A model generated the notes under the pieces. The model saw only the letters and a list, made by a program, of their open reading frames with translations, did no database searches and was not told the origin of the DNA. Below are positions 12,514-25,801 of a stretch of 52,401 nucleotides of DNA, in pieces. Each line of letters starts with the position of its first letter. Positions within the stretch are counted from its first letter, which is position 1. This DNA is from Nemertoderma westbladi (taxonomy: Eukaryota > Animalia > Xenacoelomorpha), in assembly GCA_032718475.1 (NCBI GenBank), contig JAUCBJ010006014.1, positions 1-52,401 on the forward strand. Direction: 5' to 3'. The position numbers were made by a program, and so were the translations under genes.

Positions 12514-12807
12514 ATGTATCCATTGAGTATAGCTTTATGTCTGATACTCGTTGTCGTCGGCACTCTGGCAGACTGCCCGGCCATAACGCCCAAATCTAAA
12601 ATTATCTGCACAGATGAGTGCGTTGCTCACGAAAATTGTACTAAGAAAGAGGAATGCTGCCCCACTGGTTGTGATGAGAGCATGGCGTGCATGGCAACGG
12701 GAGGAGTTGCAACGACCACCACCATCGGAAACGGTGTGGATCACGCAATGCCCACAAGTATGGCCAGCATGGTTCTTATCATTCTAATCCGAGTATGGTT
12801 CTTGTAG
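12514..12807 (+). CDS. Small WAP/four-disulfide-core protein with predicted GPI-anchor signal (paralogue 2)
   Basis: 97 aa ORF with the same architecture and all 8 WAP Cys as 2963-3256. Confidence 0.85.
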   Translation: MYPLSIALCLILVVVGTLADCPAITPKSKIICTDECVAHENCTKKEECCPTGCDESMACMATGGVATTTTIGNGVDHAMPTSMASMVLIILIRVWFL

Positions 12808-13014
12808 AACCTTCAACATGGAGAGATAGACTTTACAACTATGTAGGATATTTATGGTGGTGGAGGTGTACCAATAATTTACAACGTATTATCTAGTTTG
12901 TTATACATGGATCTTAAACGGCTAACAACTTCATGTAGAAATTCGTCAACCCAGAAATTGGTCAACCCATGCACTATTTATTCCAAAGGTATTTCAAATT
13001 TTCAACTTTCGAAA

Positions 13015-13598
13015 GGACTCAATTCACACATGAGCTTTCATCTTTCATCATTCAATTAAATATATTGCCTAGCAACTTAAATTTTTATCATTATAAACTT
13101 TATTATTTATTTGCAATTAATTGAAATTTGTTTTATAAATATATATTGTATGTTTATTTTCTTATAATTTTTTTGAAAATGGATGAAGATATCGCTGCTG
13201 GGTTGTTTTGTTTCCCTACAGTATATAATTGATGAGAAAGAAAAGGTGTCTTAGATTCATCCAATTAATGCGAAAAGAGTAACCCATTGAGTTCTAGGAA
13301 GACTTTACTATAGTTAAGAGAATATGGTAATAAGTTCTTCTATTATAATAGTATAATTGAAGACCAGGTTTGAGAATGTTCAATATTAAAAATTGAAATT
13401 GGCAATTTATCAGAATAGCTACTTCGGTTTTGCAATATAATATATCAACTATACCGGTTCTACTACAAACTATATATTACCATACATGAGGAAATCCATC
13501 ACATCTCTCAAAAAAATAGAACATATCACACTGCAATTTGACAGATGAAAGTTGATAGATGGGTGATGAAAGATAAAAGCTCATGTGTGCATCGGGCC
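13015..13598 (+). mobile_element. Internally deleted PIF/Harbinger element in the 3' flank of WAP paralogue 2
   Basis: Imperfect TIRs GGACTCAATTCACACATGAGCTTTCATCTTTCATCA / TGATGAAAGATAAAAGCTCATGTGTGCATCGGGCC followed by TTA; internal decayed IHPINAKR...LREYGNKFFYY resembling a Harbinger transposase N-terminus; absent from copy 1. Confidence 0.7.
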
Positions 13599-14760
13599 TT
13601 ACTGTTTGTTACTAAATAACGAATTAGGGCTACTGATTTAAATGGTATTCTTTATTCTCTGAATATATTATGTGTAATATTCTACAGTATTCTACAATAT
13701 TATATCAACGTATTTGTAAACTTTACTATTAAATCTATACAACACTATGCTACTTTAATATTTGTTTAACCCCAAAGATGTGGTAGTGGCTTATCGATTT
13801 TCGATGCTCCAGGGTTGTGTTCCAGAACGTTTGTACTCTCTTTTATTCCAATGAGAAGCGCCCCGGTTCAAACCAATCCCAAGATGGAATGGGTGCCAAC
13901 ATTTACGATGTACTCCCATCATACAAGGTTCTGTGAAAAAACATATCTGCCAGATATCAAATATATCTGCTTGAATAATCTGCTTGAACGGTCTTAATAA
14001 AATATGTCAATAAACCACGTTCCGGAATATAGCAGCTTATTAATTCAGTAGACCCCCCCCCCCCCCCCCCCCCCCTGTGTGTATAATGTTTGTTCTTTGT
14101 GTATATATAAATAAATATTATATAATTGTTGAATATAAACACAAATGCTATTATCTCTAGGCGGATTCATGTGTGTGTACATATTAGCTAGGGATAACTC
14201 AGGTCCTTCAAAATTTAGCAGTCTAAAATACTGGTACACTAATCCCAGTACATTTTACAGCTGTAAACACCATCACCAGACATCCACAATTATTTTAAAA
14301 TAAAGGTAGTATATTCCAAAAGAACGAACCTCGAAGGCGATGCGATGTATCGGTATCAAAAACTTTCATATTTATGCAAATGGAGCAAACAATATTAAAT
14401 TATAAAAATCAAGTTTCAGAGAAAAAAACTATTTCGGGGCCGAAAAAGGCTGAAATTAACATTAAATATTTACAAACCACCTTAGCTGATCTTTTCAGAA
14501 CATTGTGCATTGCCATGGAGATAATATACCTGTAGGTTGGCAGTCACGTGACGTTGCGGCTGTGGTTAACTGAGAAATTATTAGTGATATTGTTATGTCA
14601 TTAATATTTATTATAAAGGTGTTAGGAATTAAAATATAAGGACCCTAACGACAGCCTAGATACCTGATTAGAGTTACCAACTACAATACGGACGCTACTG
14701 CAACAGGTAAAATGTCATAAAAATACAAATCAACTAACTGCGAGACGAAATATACTGCAA

Positions 14761-17700
14761 CACAGACAATAGGGTTGGGTTCCCAAGTAAAACTAACTGA
14801 CACACAGACAATAGGGTTGGGTTCCCAAGTAAAACTAACTGACACACAGACAATAGGGTTGGGTTACCAAGTAAAACTAACTGACACACAGACAATAGGG
14901 TTGGGTTACCAAGTAAAACTAACTGACACACAGACAATAGGGTTGGGTTCCCAAGTAAAACTAACTGACACACAGACAATAGGGTTGGGTTCCCAAGTAA
15001 AACTAACTGACACACAGACAATAGGGTTGGGTTCCTAAGTAAAACTAACTGACACACAGACAATAGGGTTGGGTTCCCAGGTAAAACTAACTGACACACA
15101 GACAATAGGGTTGGGTTCCCAGGTAAAACTAACTGACACACAGACAATAGGGTTGGGTTCCCAAGTAAAACTAACTGACACACAGACAATAGGGTTGGGT
15201 TCCCAAGTAAAACTAACTGACACACAGACAATAGGGTTGGGTTCCCAAGTAAAACTAACTGACACACAGACAATAGGGTTGGGTTCCCAAGTAAAACTAA
15301 CTGACACACAGACAATAGGGTTGGGTTCCCAAGTAAAACTAACTGACACACAGACAATAGGGTTGGGTTCCCAAGTAAAACTAACTGACACACAGACAAT
15401 AGGGTTGGGTTCCCAAGTAAAACTAACTGACACACAGACAATAGGGTTGGGTTCCCAAGTAAAACTAACTGACACACAGACAATAGGGTTGGGTTCCCAA
15501 GTAAAACTAACTGACACACAGACAATAGGGTTGGGTTCCCAAGTAAAACTAACTGACACACAGACAATAGGGTTGGGTTCCCAAGTAAAACTAACTGACA
15601 CACAGACAATAGGGTTGGGTTCCCAAGTAAAACTAACTGACACACAGACAATAGGGTTGGGTTCCCAAGTAAAACTAACTGACACACAGACAATAGGGTT
15701 GGGTTCCCAAGTAAAACTAACTGACACACAGACAATAGGGTTGGGTTCCCAAGTAAAACTAACTGACACACAGACAATAGGGTTGGGTTCCCAAGTAAAA
15801 CTAACTGACACACAGACAATAGGGTTGGGTTCCCAAGTAAAACTAACTGACACACAGACAATAGGGTTGGGTTCCCAAGTAAAACTAACTGACACACAGA
15901 CAATAGGGTTGGGTTCCCAAGTAAAACTAACTGACACACAGACAATAGGGTTGGGTTCCCAAGTAAAACTAACTGACACACAGACAATAGGGTTGGGTTC
16001 CCAAGTAAAACTAACTGACACACAGACAATAGGGTTGGGTTCCCAAGTAAAACTAACTGACACACAGACAATAGGGTTGGGTTCCCAAGTAAAACTAACT
16101 GACACACAGACAATAGGGTTGGGTTCCCAAGTAAAACTAACTGACACACAGACAATAGGGTTGGGTTCCCAAGTAAAACTAACTGACACACAGACAATAG
16201 GGTTGGGTTCCCAAGTAAAACTAACTGACACACAGACAATAGGGTTGGGTTCCCAAGTAAAACTAACTGACACACAGACAATAGGGTTGGGTTCCCAAGT
16301 AAAACTAACTGACACACAGACAATAGGGTTGGGTTCCCAAGTAAAACTAACTGACACACAGACAATAGGGTTGGGTTCCCAAGTAAAACTAACTGACACA
16401 CAGACAATAGGGTTGGGTTCCCAAGTAAAACTAACTGACACACAGACAATAGGGTTGGGTTCCCAAGTAAAACTAACTGACACACAGACAATAGGGTTGG
16501 GTTCCCAAGTAAAACTAACTGACACACAGACAATAGGGTTGGGTTCCCAAGTAAAACTAACTGACACACAGACAATAGGGTTGGGTTCCCAAGTAAAACT
16601 AACTGACACACAGACAATAGGGTTGGGTTCCCAAGTAAAACTAACTGACACACAGACAATAGGGTTGGGTTCCCAAGTAAAACTAACTGACACACAGACA
16701 ATAGGGTTGGGTTCCCAAGTAAAACTAACTGACACACAGACAATAGGGTTGGGTTCCCAAGTAAAACTAACTGACACACAGACAATAGGGTTGGGTTCCC
16801 AAGTAAAACTAACTGACACACAGACAATAGGGTTGGGTTCCCAAGTAAAACTAACTGACACACAGACAATAGGGTTGGGTTCCCAAGTAAAACTAACTGA
16901 CACACAGACAATAGGGTTGGGTTCCCAAGTAAAACTAACTGACACACAGACAATAGGGTTGGGTTCCCAAGTAAAACTAACTGACACACAGACAATAGGG
17001 TTGGGTTCCCAAGTAAAACTAACTGACACACAGACAATAGGGTTGGGTTCCCAAGTAAAACTAACTGACACACAGACAATAGGGTTGGGTTCCCAAGTAA
17101 AACTAACTGACACACAGACAATAGGGTTGGGTTCCCAAGTAAAACTAACTGACACACAGACAATAGGGTTGGGTTCCCAAGTAAAACTAACTGACACACA
17201 GACAATAGGGTTGGGTTCCCAAGTAAAACTAACTGACACACAGACAATAGGGTTGGGTTCCCAAGTAAAACTAACTGACACACAGACAATAGGGTTGGGT
17301 TCCCAAGTAAAACTAACTGACACACAGACAATAGGGTTGGGTTCCCAAGTAAAACTAACTGACACACAGACAATAGGGTTGGGTTCCCAAGTAAAACTAA
17401 CTGACACACAGACAATAGGGTTGGGTTCCCAAGTAAAACTAACTGACACACAGACAATAGGGTTGGGTTCCCAAGTAAAACTAACTGACACACAGACAAT
17501 AGGGTTGGGTTCCCAAGTAAAACTAACTGACACACAGACAATAGGGTTGGGTTCCCAAGTAAAACTAACTGACACACAGACAATAGGGTTGGGTTCCCAA
17601 GTAAAACTAACTGACACACAGACAATAGGGTTGGGTTCCCAAGTAAAACTAACTGACACACAGACAATAGGGTTGGGTTCCCAAGTAAAACTAACTGACA

Positions 17701-18728
17701 CACAGACAATAGGGTTGGGTTCCCAAGTAAAACTAACTGACACACAGACAATAGGGTTGGGTTCCCAAGTAAAACTAACTGACACACAGACAATAGGGTT
17801 GGGTTCCCAAGTAAAACTAACTGACACACAGACAATAGGGTTGGGTTCCCAAGTAAAACTAACTGACACACAGACAATAGGGTTGGGTTCCCAAGTAAAA
17901 CTAACTGACACACAGACAATAGGGTTGGGTTCCCAAGTAAAACTAACTGACACACAGACAATAGGGTTGGGTTCCCAAGTAAAACTAACTGACACACAGA
18001 CAATAGGGTTGGGTTCCCAAGTAAAACTAACTGACACACAGACAATAGGGTTGGGTTCCCAAGTAAAACTAACTGACACACAGACAATAGGGTTGGGTTC
18101 CCAAGTAAAACTAACTGACACACAGACAATAGGGTTGGGTTCCCAAGTAAAACTAACTGACACACAGACAATAGGGTTGGGTTCCTAAGTAAAACTAACT
18201 GACACACAGACAATAGGGTTGGGTTCCCAAGTAAAACTAACTGACACACAGACAATAGGGTTGGGTTCCCAAGTAAAACTAACTGACACACAGACAATAG
18301 GGTTGGGTTCCCAAGTAAAACTAACTGACACACAGACAATAGGGTTGGGTTCCCAGGTAAAACTAACTGACACACAGACAATAGGGTTGGGTTACTAAGT
18401 AAAACTAACTGACACACAGACAATAGGGTTGGGTTCCTAAGTAAAACTAACTGACACACAGACAATAGGGTTGGGTTCCCAAGTAAAACTAACTGACACA
18501 CAGACAATAGGGTTGGGTTCCCAAGTAAAACTAACTGACACACAGACAATAGGGTTGGGTTCCCAAGTAAAACTAACTGACACACAGACAATAGGGTTGG
18601 GTTCCTAAGTAAAACTAACTGACACACAGACAATAGGGTTGGGTTACTAAGTAAAACTAACTGACACACAGACAATAGGGTTGGGTTCCCAAGTAAAACT
18701 AACTGACACACAGACAATAGGGTTCCCA
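14761..18728. repeat. Tandem array, 42 bp unit CACAGACAATAGGGTTGGGTTCCCAAGTAAAACTAACTGACA, ~94 copies
   Basis: Directly visible; variants confined to both edges. Confidence 0.98.
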
Positions 18729-19438
18729 TATTAATGACGCGGTTCGTTTTCTCAAGAGGGTTTTTTTTTACAAACTTCTGTGAAATTTTCAATCTCCAAA
18801 CACAAAATTCACAATCCAAAATGAAGAAAAATTTAACATTATTATGATTATTAATATCCTCAATGACCCGTAATAATTAATATTGCGTTATTTTCTCATA
18901 ACGCGAATCGTCGAGGTTAAGGCGGGTTCGGGGCCGGTAGTTGTGATTTTTATGTATCAGGAATCATGAGAAAGTTTCCGTTACACAAGGATTCAAGATA
19001 AAATGTTAAACAAACTATAAAATTCCGGTTCCATGATGGTATCAGACATTGATAAGACTTAGTTGTGTTGGTCTGTGTCATCAGAAAATGTCACTCACTA
19101 TGTTACAGGTCATGGTATTTGCTATTTTTGAAACATATTTCAACGACGTTAAGTTAACAATAAACATAATAATTATCATACACTACTGAGTCTGGCGTAT
19201 CGGACTCATTGAGAGCTCCAGGTCAGAGACTATCGGCTCTATAAATAAAATAAGAGATGTTTCACTTGGGAACCCAAATAATTAATTAATATTCCCACAA
19301 AGCCCAGAGATGGTGAGCCACACATTTAGCGCCTCTAGCGGACGTCTGGCCCCCAATGCGCCTCTCAATAAAGTTATCGTCGAGTTTTAAACAATAAAAC
19401 ACGGGAATTTAGTTTAAATATCAGAAGCGGGTTATAAA

Positions 19439-20461
19439 TCAACAGAACTTCCATCTGTATCCGCAGTGGTTACAGAAACAGAAAGTTGTCATGGGTTCGT
19501 CGGCGGACCGCGTCTGCATCTGGTTGTAGGTGGTCTCGTTGCCACGACAGCGGGGGCACTTCAACAGATTGGTTTTTGTTCCCTCGGTTACGGCCATCTG
19601 GTGGTCGTTGATCCCGTCCTTGGTGTACTGGGCCCGGAGGCGAGCCATCTCCGCGCTCGCGAGTTCCTCCGAACTCATTGCCGCGAGTTTATCCGGGAGG
19701 ATTATCCCCCACAGAACGTTCCGCTTCAGTCCGGGGTTCTTGGGGTCCGAGAGGTTGGCCACCCGACTGCGGACTCGGTTCTTGTATTTTGTGTTGGTCT
19801 GCGAGCCGTGGAGGTTGAAGATGGCGTCCTCGATGTGGCCGGCGAGGTTGTCCACCTCGGTGGGCTCCTCGTCCAGGTTGGCACGCAGCGAGTTCGCTAA
19901 CAGTTGGCGACACTTGAGACGCAGCGAGTCCTTGGTGTTAGTAGGTTCGCCGAGCTGGCACCCTGAGCCCTGGTTTGACCCCGGGTTGAAGCCGGAATCT
20001 TCTGGTCCCGAGTTCAACCCCGGGTTGGGGCCGGAACCTTCCGGTCCTGAGTTCGACCCCGGGTTGGGGCCGGAACCTTCTGGTCCCGAGTTTGATCCCT
20101 CCCCGTTCACTGAGTGTACCTCGTCGTTGACTTCCTCTGTAGTCTGTTCGACGACTTCCTTAGACTGTTCCCCGCTGTTTGGATTATTATCGGCCGGTTT
20201 ACTTTCCCGACTAGAGGAATCGGTTTTGCTGAGGAGGCGTTTCCATGATTTAATTAAGTTCCGCGCGGCGGAGTTAACTTTATCGCTGTCGCATTGTTTC
20301 CGCACGAGGTTTACGGTCATCCCGATCCGGGTGCTCTCTAGTAAACCCAAGGTAACGTCCTGCTCCGTAAGCGCTCGCAACAGATCCATTAGTCGCTCTG
20401 GGTTGTCTTTATGACGTTCCAGTTTCCGACCTATACGCAATACTTCGTCTTCCACAGACAT
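19439..20461 (-). CDS. TCEA: Transcription elongation factor S-II (TFIIS), 340 aa, single coding exon
   Basis: MSVEDEVLRIGRKLE; TRIGMTVN in domain I; KYKNRVRSRVANL in domain II; zinc ribbon CPRC...QTRSADEPMTTFCFCNHCGYRWKFC; ATG at 20461. Confidence 0.96.
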   Translation of the reverse strand: MSVEDEVLRIGRKLERHKDNPERLMDLLRALTEQDVTLGLLESTRIGMTVNLVRKQCDSDKVNSAARNLIKSWKRLLSKTDSSSRESKPADNNPNSGEQSKEVVEQTTEEVNDEVHSVNGEGSNSGPEGSGPNPGSNSGPEGSGPNPGLNSGPEDSGFNPGSNQGSGCQLGEPTNTKDSLRLKCRQLLANSLRANLDEEPTEVDNLAGHIEDAIFNLHGSQTNTKYKNRVRSRVANLSDPKNPGLKRNVLWGIILPDKLAAMSSEELASAEMARLRAQYTKDGINDHQMAVTEGTKTNLLKCPRCRGNETTYNQMQTRSADEPMTTFCFCNHCGYRWKFC

Positions 20462-21579
20462 TTTGAAACAACTACAGAAATTTATACCAGACAGTCCTGC
20501 AGGCTGCAGCCAGTCAAACAGTCTGACAGTACCTGGTGCTGGTACCGGTAGAATCCTTGAGTATGATTGACTCACTTTTGCCCTTACTGTACTGCCTTAA
20601 CTGCACTTTTAGTCACTTCAGCACTTTTCAGTCAGTCAGTGACCGTGACAGTGTCACACAATCAACTGATCAATGGACAATCCTGCAAATTCTGAATTTG
20701 GAATATTCGAATAGGCCTACAGGGAATACAGGAATATACCGGTAACTCCAAACTCTTACATGTCAGCATGTAACCAAGGTGCAAGGACAGAAGGACTCAA
20801 GGCCATCCAAACAACGTTATTCAATAATATATATAATAATAATCCTGCAGTTCTGGACTGGGATACTAGCTTGTGTAATTCACATATTGCTTGTTAATAA
20901 ATTAATTAAACTTTCACCTATCCAATTACACGTGGAAAAAAAACGGGATTTAACCTCGATGGCGCTCGGGACAGAATACCCCAAGAATAGTGAAAAAAAG
21001 TAATTATACTGTAAATATAAACAATTTTTAATTGAATTTATTTAATAAAAAATACTTAATCAAATACATAAGACTTTAACAAGACAATGTGATAGCATGG
21101 TCAGCTGACACGCATGCGTATTTTTCCCAAATGTTTTTTGGAAAAAATCCAAGCTTATTTATCAAGACTTCGTTAAATTTTGACTTTTATTCCTTCAACC
21201 TGCTTTAGTTTTAACGTGCTTTTATGACGTGTTTAAGTTTCAAATTTTATTTTAATATGCTAAATGTATCTATATCTATTTTAATTAAACATAATATTAT
21301 TATTGTTATTGGTTCCAATACATAAGGCTTCAACTCTAATTAGTTAAAATCACAAATTAAATTTTAAAAAGTAGAAGTAGGCCTACATAAGTTAAAGGCT
21401 CGGTAACACAAATTAATTAAAATCATGAATCGAATTTAGAATGTATGTAGACTAGGTTAAAAGTTAGAACCACGCATAAAATCACATTAAAATCATATGA
21501 ATCAAATTTAGAATGTATGTACAAACTAAGTTAAAAGTTAGAACCACACTTAAAATCACATTAAAATCGTACTACACTT

Positions 21580-23120
21580 GTCCATAGCTAGAGCTTCTCG
21601 GGAGAGGCTGCTTGAAACTGATACACTGATGGAGTTCCCTATCTGGATCAAGAACCCGAGACGTTGACATGGGAAAGAGGTCGAACGAGGGTCGCCAGAT
21701 CACAGCTCGGTTCTGTGGCCGATATTCCTAATGAAAGCTTGGGTTGCTTCGCCTATTCCGCCATGAGACATGGAAAAGGGTGGCAGAATTGGACGCGGCA
21801 AGTTCATCATACTTGGCTTCCTTCAGGTGTTCCTTGGAGGTGGCTACTGTAGGGCCTAAATTAGTGGCGATTGCTCGCGGTTATGGCCATCCGATGCGAA
21901 CATGTAAAAATCCGAGAAAGCCGGTTTGCCAGTTTGCCAGTGGCCCACGGGACTAAAGTCGATCCTTCGGGACGCTTTATTATCGGAAAGGGATAAACCC
22001 ACAGGCTCAAGAGTACTGGGTATATCAGAAGTACTGTAGATCCACAAGTACAACTGTGCTGAACGTGGACATTAGCTCCTAGTCGGACAGAAGTAGCGAT
22101 CCGAAGAAGTTCGTCAGAAAGTCGCAGACTCCTCAGTCACCAGTCAGTCACCTGACCCAGGTGATGCGGCACCATGAAGCCGAGCTACTGTAGGTATGGT
22201 AATCAGACTCTGCCTTGTTGATGAGGTTGTCGAACTTAGCCTCATCGATGACTTTTCACAGGGCCTTTTGCTTCGATGTACTAGGAGGGATATGGGAGTA
22301 TCCGTGATGGACCTTCAAGGATTCAACTGCTTTTTTGTTATCGTTGTCCAGAAGGTTTTGTTTAATTGTTCCACCATTGATGATTAATGATGCTATGGGG
22401 CGATGATCCATTAATACTGTAATAGAGGCACAGTAGGCTGCAGGATGGTACAATACCGCCTGTATCAACCACCCTCCTGAACGCAGATTAAGATTCAGTG
22501 GGCACTGCTGGCGAAGTAAAGACGAGGTCATACCAGATCTACTTTTCTGGCAACCAACTCATGGAAAGCGTAGTCGTGGACGACCGGCCATAACATATAT
22601 AGATCAACTTGAAAGGGATGCTGAACGTGGGAGAAACGAAATTGCGACAACTATGGAGAATCGGGAAGCCTGGAAGGATCTCATTTCCACTCTCCGAGTT
22701 CGCACGACCTACAGTAGAAGTAGTAGTAGGCTGCAGGAGCGCGGTATCCCTGAAATTCTGAATACCCAGGCTACCCATGTTAGTGGGGAGAGTGGCAGGT
22801 TCCCATTGGTCATTACTGGTCGAATTGATCTAAAAGATCTGTCCGATCAGAACATGGGGAACACCTGAGGATGTTCATGAGTTTAGGAATGTGGAAACAC
22901 TTCCTTAAGCAGATATAAAGCATTGTTGCTACCAATAGCGGATAGGCGGTCAACCATATTCGATACATTGATTCGAATTTATTCTTCAGAGATGAATCTA
23001 AGGAAGGCGCCCAAGAGAGGCTCCAAGGAGTTCAAGGTTGTCTGGATCTACCATAGTTATTCCTGGACAGATCTTGTTGAATTCTTTTTGGTGTGTCACT
23101 GTTTGGCCCAAATATAGTCA
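21580..23120 (-). mobile_element. Decayed CRE-like (REL-endonuclease) non-LTR retrotransposon, 3' part
   Basis: Minus-strand fragments IPSTLEPVGL, RPEGSTLVPWATGK, FTC, KEAKYDEL, AFIRNIG, GDPRSTSF.CQRLGFLIQIGN, plus ATLP..GSLGI, matching the metazoan CRE RT-tail/REL motifs. Confidence 0.75.
22535..22729 (+). mobile_element. 3' end of a second RTE-type LINE family inside the CRE remnant
   Basis: DLLFWQPTHGKRSRGRPAITYIDQL...MENREAW followed by an (AGT)n tail. Confidence 0.7.
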
Positions 23121-23708
23121 GTTCACATTTGCGTGGGTTTAGTTGTAAATATAAGTAAAATGTAAATAATAATTATTATAATTACTTTTACTTAATTAAA
23201 ACTTAAAAACTATAGCAAAAATAAAAAGTAGTAAGTCCAATCCAAAAATTTGTGATTTAAAATGTTCCCCTTTACTGTAACTACGAACCAAATGCTGAGT
23301 TTATACTGTAGGCCTATGTATGTAGTAAAAAATAAATAAAATACTGTATAAAAAAATATATATGTATAAAAATATAAAGATTTAAGGTTAAAAGGTCTTT
23401 AAAAAGTAAAAAATGATAGGCCTAAAAGTAATTTCATTTAATATTTAATTGCGCCGCGGGAGTGGCAATATGACCAACCAGTAATAACTACATATTTACA
23501 TCATTATGGGCAAAGTAGCACTTTGCAGCCTAATGACCCGAGTTTATCTATACACGGAGCGAGCGCAGCGAGGGAGGTCTACATAAATAAATAAACAAGG
23601 GTCTTTAACGCCGAAAAGTGACCTTTGCAAGCAATGATGTATGTAATTTTGTTACATTATGTCAACTTATCGGCGTTCGGTATGTGAAGAAAGGATTTTA
23701 TGGATGCT

Positions 23709-25801
23709 ATTTTACTACTACAGTACTGCAATCGGCATACTGCAATGCAGCTGCATTATATATACAGTATATTACATATATGTGCCGGTTTGTGCCTGTG
23801 CCGGTTTGTCGACAAAAAATGCGTCTCCACAACTCCCTATCACCTATGACATTTACTAGATCATCCGCATCTCCAAGGCCAGTGTCCTTCAAGATGCGTC
23901 TCAAGGCAATCATCCCAGGCATGGAAATCGATCAACTTGCTTACTGGTCGGAAAAGCCAACCAACCACCAAGGTTAAGGCAGAATCACCAGCCGATCGCC
24001 TCAATGGTTGGAAGGCCCACTTTGAAAAGCTCCTCAATAATGACAGGGTATTGCCTGATAACTTTATAGAAGTAAAAGTGTCTGAGTCTGTACTCCCAGA
24101 TATTCCCATTGGCGATATCTCCTTTGCAGAAGTGAAGGCTGCTGCAAAGAGCATTAAGACCAATCGTGCCAGTGGAGTAGATGGTGTTCCCCCTGCGGTC
24201 TTTAAAATACCTGAGTGTTTAAAGCTCATCTATCCCATCATAGTAGACATGTACCGAACAACAAGAGTCCCACAAGAATTGAAAACAAATAAGTTGGTGC
24301 CAGTTCCCAAGAAGGGCAACCTAACACTCTATGGGTCTTTTCGGGGAATCTCATTGATCTCGATTGCTGCAAAGCTACTGTATACAATAGAATTCTATTA
24401 AATCGCATCAGGGATCCCATTGAGAGAATGCTCCGTGGAAATCAGAATGGGTTCCGTAAAGGTCGTGGGACCATGGAGCCCATTTTGGCACTTAGAAGGA
24501 TAATTGAAGAGTCATCAAAAAAGAAAGTAAAAAAAAATGATGATAACTCCACCTACTGGTTCCAGAAGTCGAGGAAATCCTGCCAAGTACCTAACTGATC
24601 TAGACTTTGCTGATGACTTAGGAGTACTCTCAGAATCACTAGAGGGAGCCCAACGGCTCCTCAGCTCATTAGAACATGCTGCTTCTATTGTTGGTCTTTT
24701 TATTAACTCCAGAAAGACCAAAATTTTGACAGTTAACTTTGAAAGCCTCAGCAAGTCTCTGATCGGATGAGCATAAGCTCAAAGGATGGTATGCTTGAGC
24801 ATGTGGACGACTTCTGTTACCTGGGATCATGGATCCGGAAGTCAGGTGCGAAGTCAGATCGAATACGTAAGGGAAAGGCATGGGCAGCCTTGAATAGGCT
24901 TTCCAGAATTTGGAAGTCACCGAGAATGAATCGGAAACTTAAGGTCCGATTATATAGAGCAGCAGTAGTTCCAGTACTCCTCTATGGGAGTCCATGCTGG
25001 GCTCTAACTGCTGAGGACACCAAATCTCTGGATGGCACATTCACAAGAATGATACGCCGGGTTCATTGTGTCAAGTACAATGCACACATCTCCAACCAGA
25101 CACTATATAACATTGGAGGTGTCTCATTGGTTCCCCCAAGCTTGACACTAGAACAAAATCGCCTCCGCTTTGCAGGACTTTGCTTTCGCCGTGAGGACCA
25201 GCCAGTGCATAATCTTGTACTTTGGCAGCCTCAAGGAGTGAATAAGCATGGTGGACAGCCCATGACTTCCTTGAGACGCATCGTAAAGGACACTGGCCTG
25301 GAAGATGCGGATGATCTAGCAAATGTCATGGGTGATAGGGAGTTGTGGCGGCGCAATTTTGTCGACAAGCCGGCAAAGCATTCTTAAAAATGCACCTACA
25401 ATGCAGCATGCCGATCGAAGTAGTAGTAGTAGTAGTAGTCTCAAGAAAGTCATGGGCTGTCCACCATGCTCATTCACTCCATTCGGCCGCCAAAACACAA
25501 GATTATGCACTTGCTGGTCCTCACGGCGAAAGCAATGTTCTGCAAAGCGGAGGCGGTTTTGTTCTAGAGTCAAGCTTGGATGAACCAATGAGACACCTCC
25601 AATGTTATACAGTGTCTGGTTGGAGATGTGTGCATTGTACTTGACACAGTGAACCCGGCGTAGCAATCTTGTGAATGTTCCATCCAGAGATTTGGTGTCC
25701 TCAGTTGTTAGAGCTGTAGCATGGCCTTTCCCTTTACGTATTCGAAGGTCCTCACCTGACATCCGGATCCATGATCCCAGGTAACAGAAGCCGTCCACAT
25801 G
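23709..25801 (-). mobile_element. 5'-truncated RTE LINE (host copy), interrupted by a same-family copy
   Basis: Pieces 25801-25438 and 23905-23709 join at CTTGAGAC to give continuous RTE 3' coding sequence with an (AGT)-like tail near 23710. Confidence 0.8.
23906..25437 (+). mobile_element. 5'-truncated RTE LINE with RT remnants and (AGT)n tail
   Basis: RASGVDG, PKKGNL, FRGISL, QNGFRKGRGT, DFADD, FCYLGS, PVLLYGS, RLRFAG; tail 25419-25437; TSD GTCTCAAG at 23898-23905 and 25438-25445. Confidence 0.9.

Noticed and set aside
1-18728. CRISPR-like arrays
   Set aside because: Repeats are head-to-tail with no unique spacers, there are no cas genes, and the context is eukaryotic
14734-18819. 1361, 1042 and 1039 aa ORFs
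   Set aside because: Artefacts of a 42 bp (14-codon) unit lacking stops in three frames on both strands; no unique coding flanks
19328-19341. CTCF-like motif AGCGCCTCTAGCGG
   Set aside because: One base short of the consensus and a single occurrence; unsupported without ChIP data
19466-20414. Antisense ORFs (144 and 294 aa) over TFIIS
   Set aside because: Shadow ORFs of a GC-rich coding strand with no recognisable motifs
20462-20575. N-terminal extension of TFIIS in the ORF track
   Set aside because: Non-ATG start; homology begins at MSVEDEV (20461)
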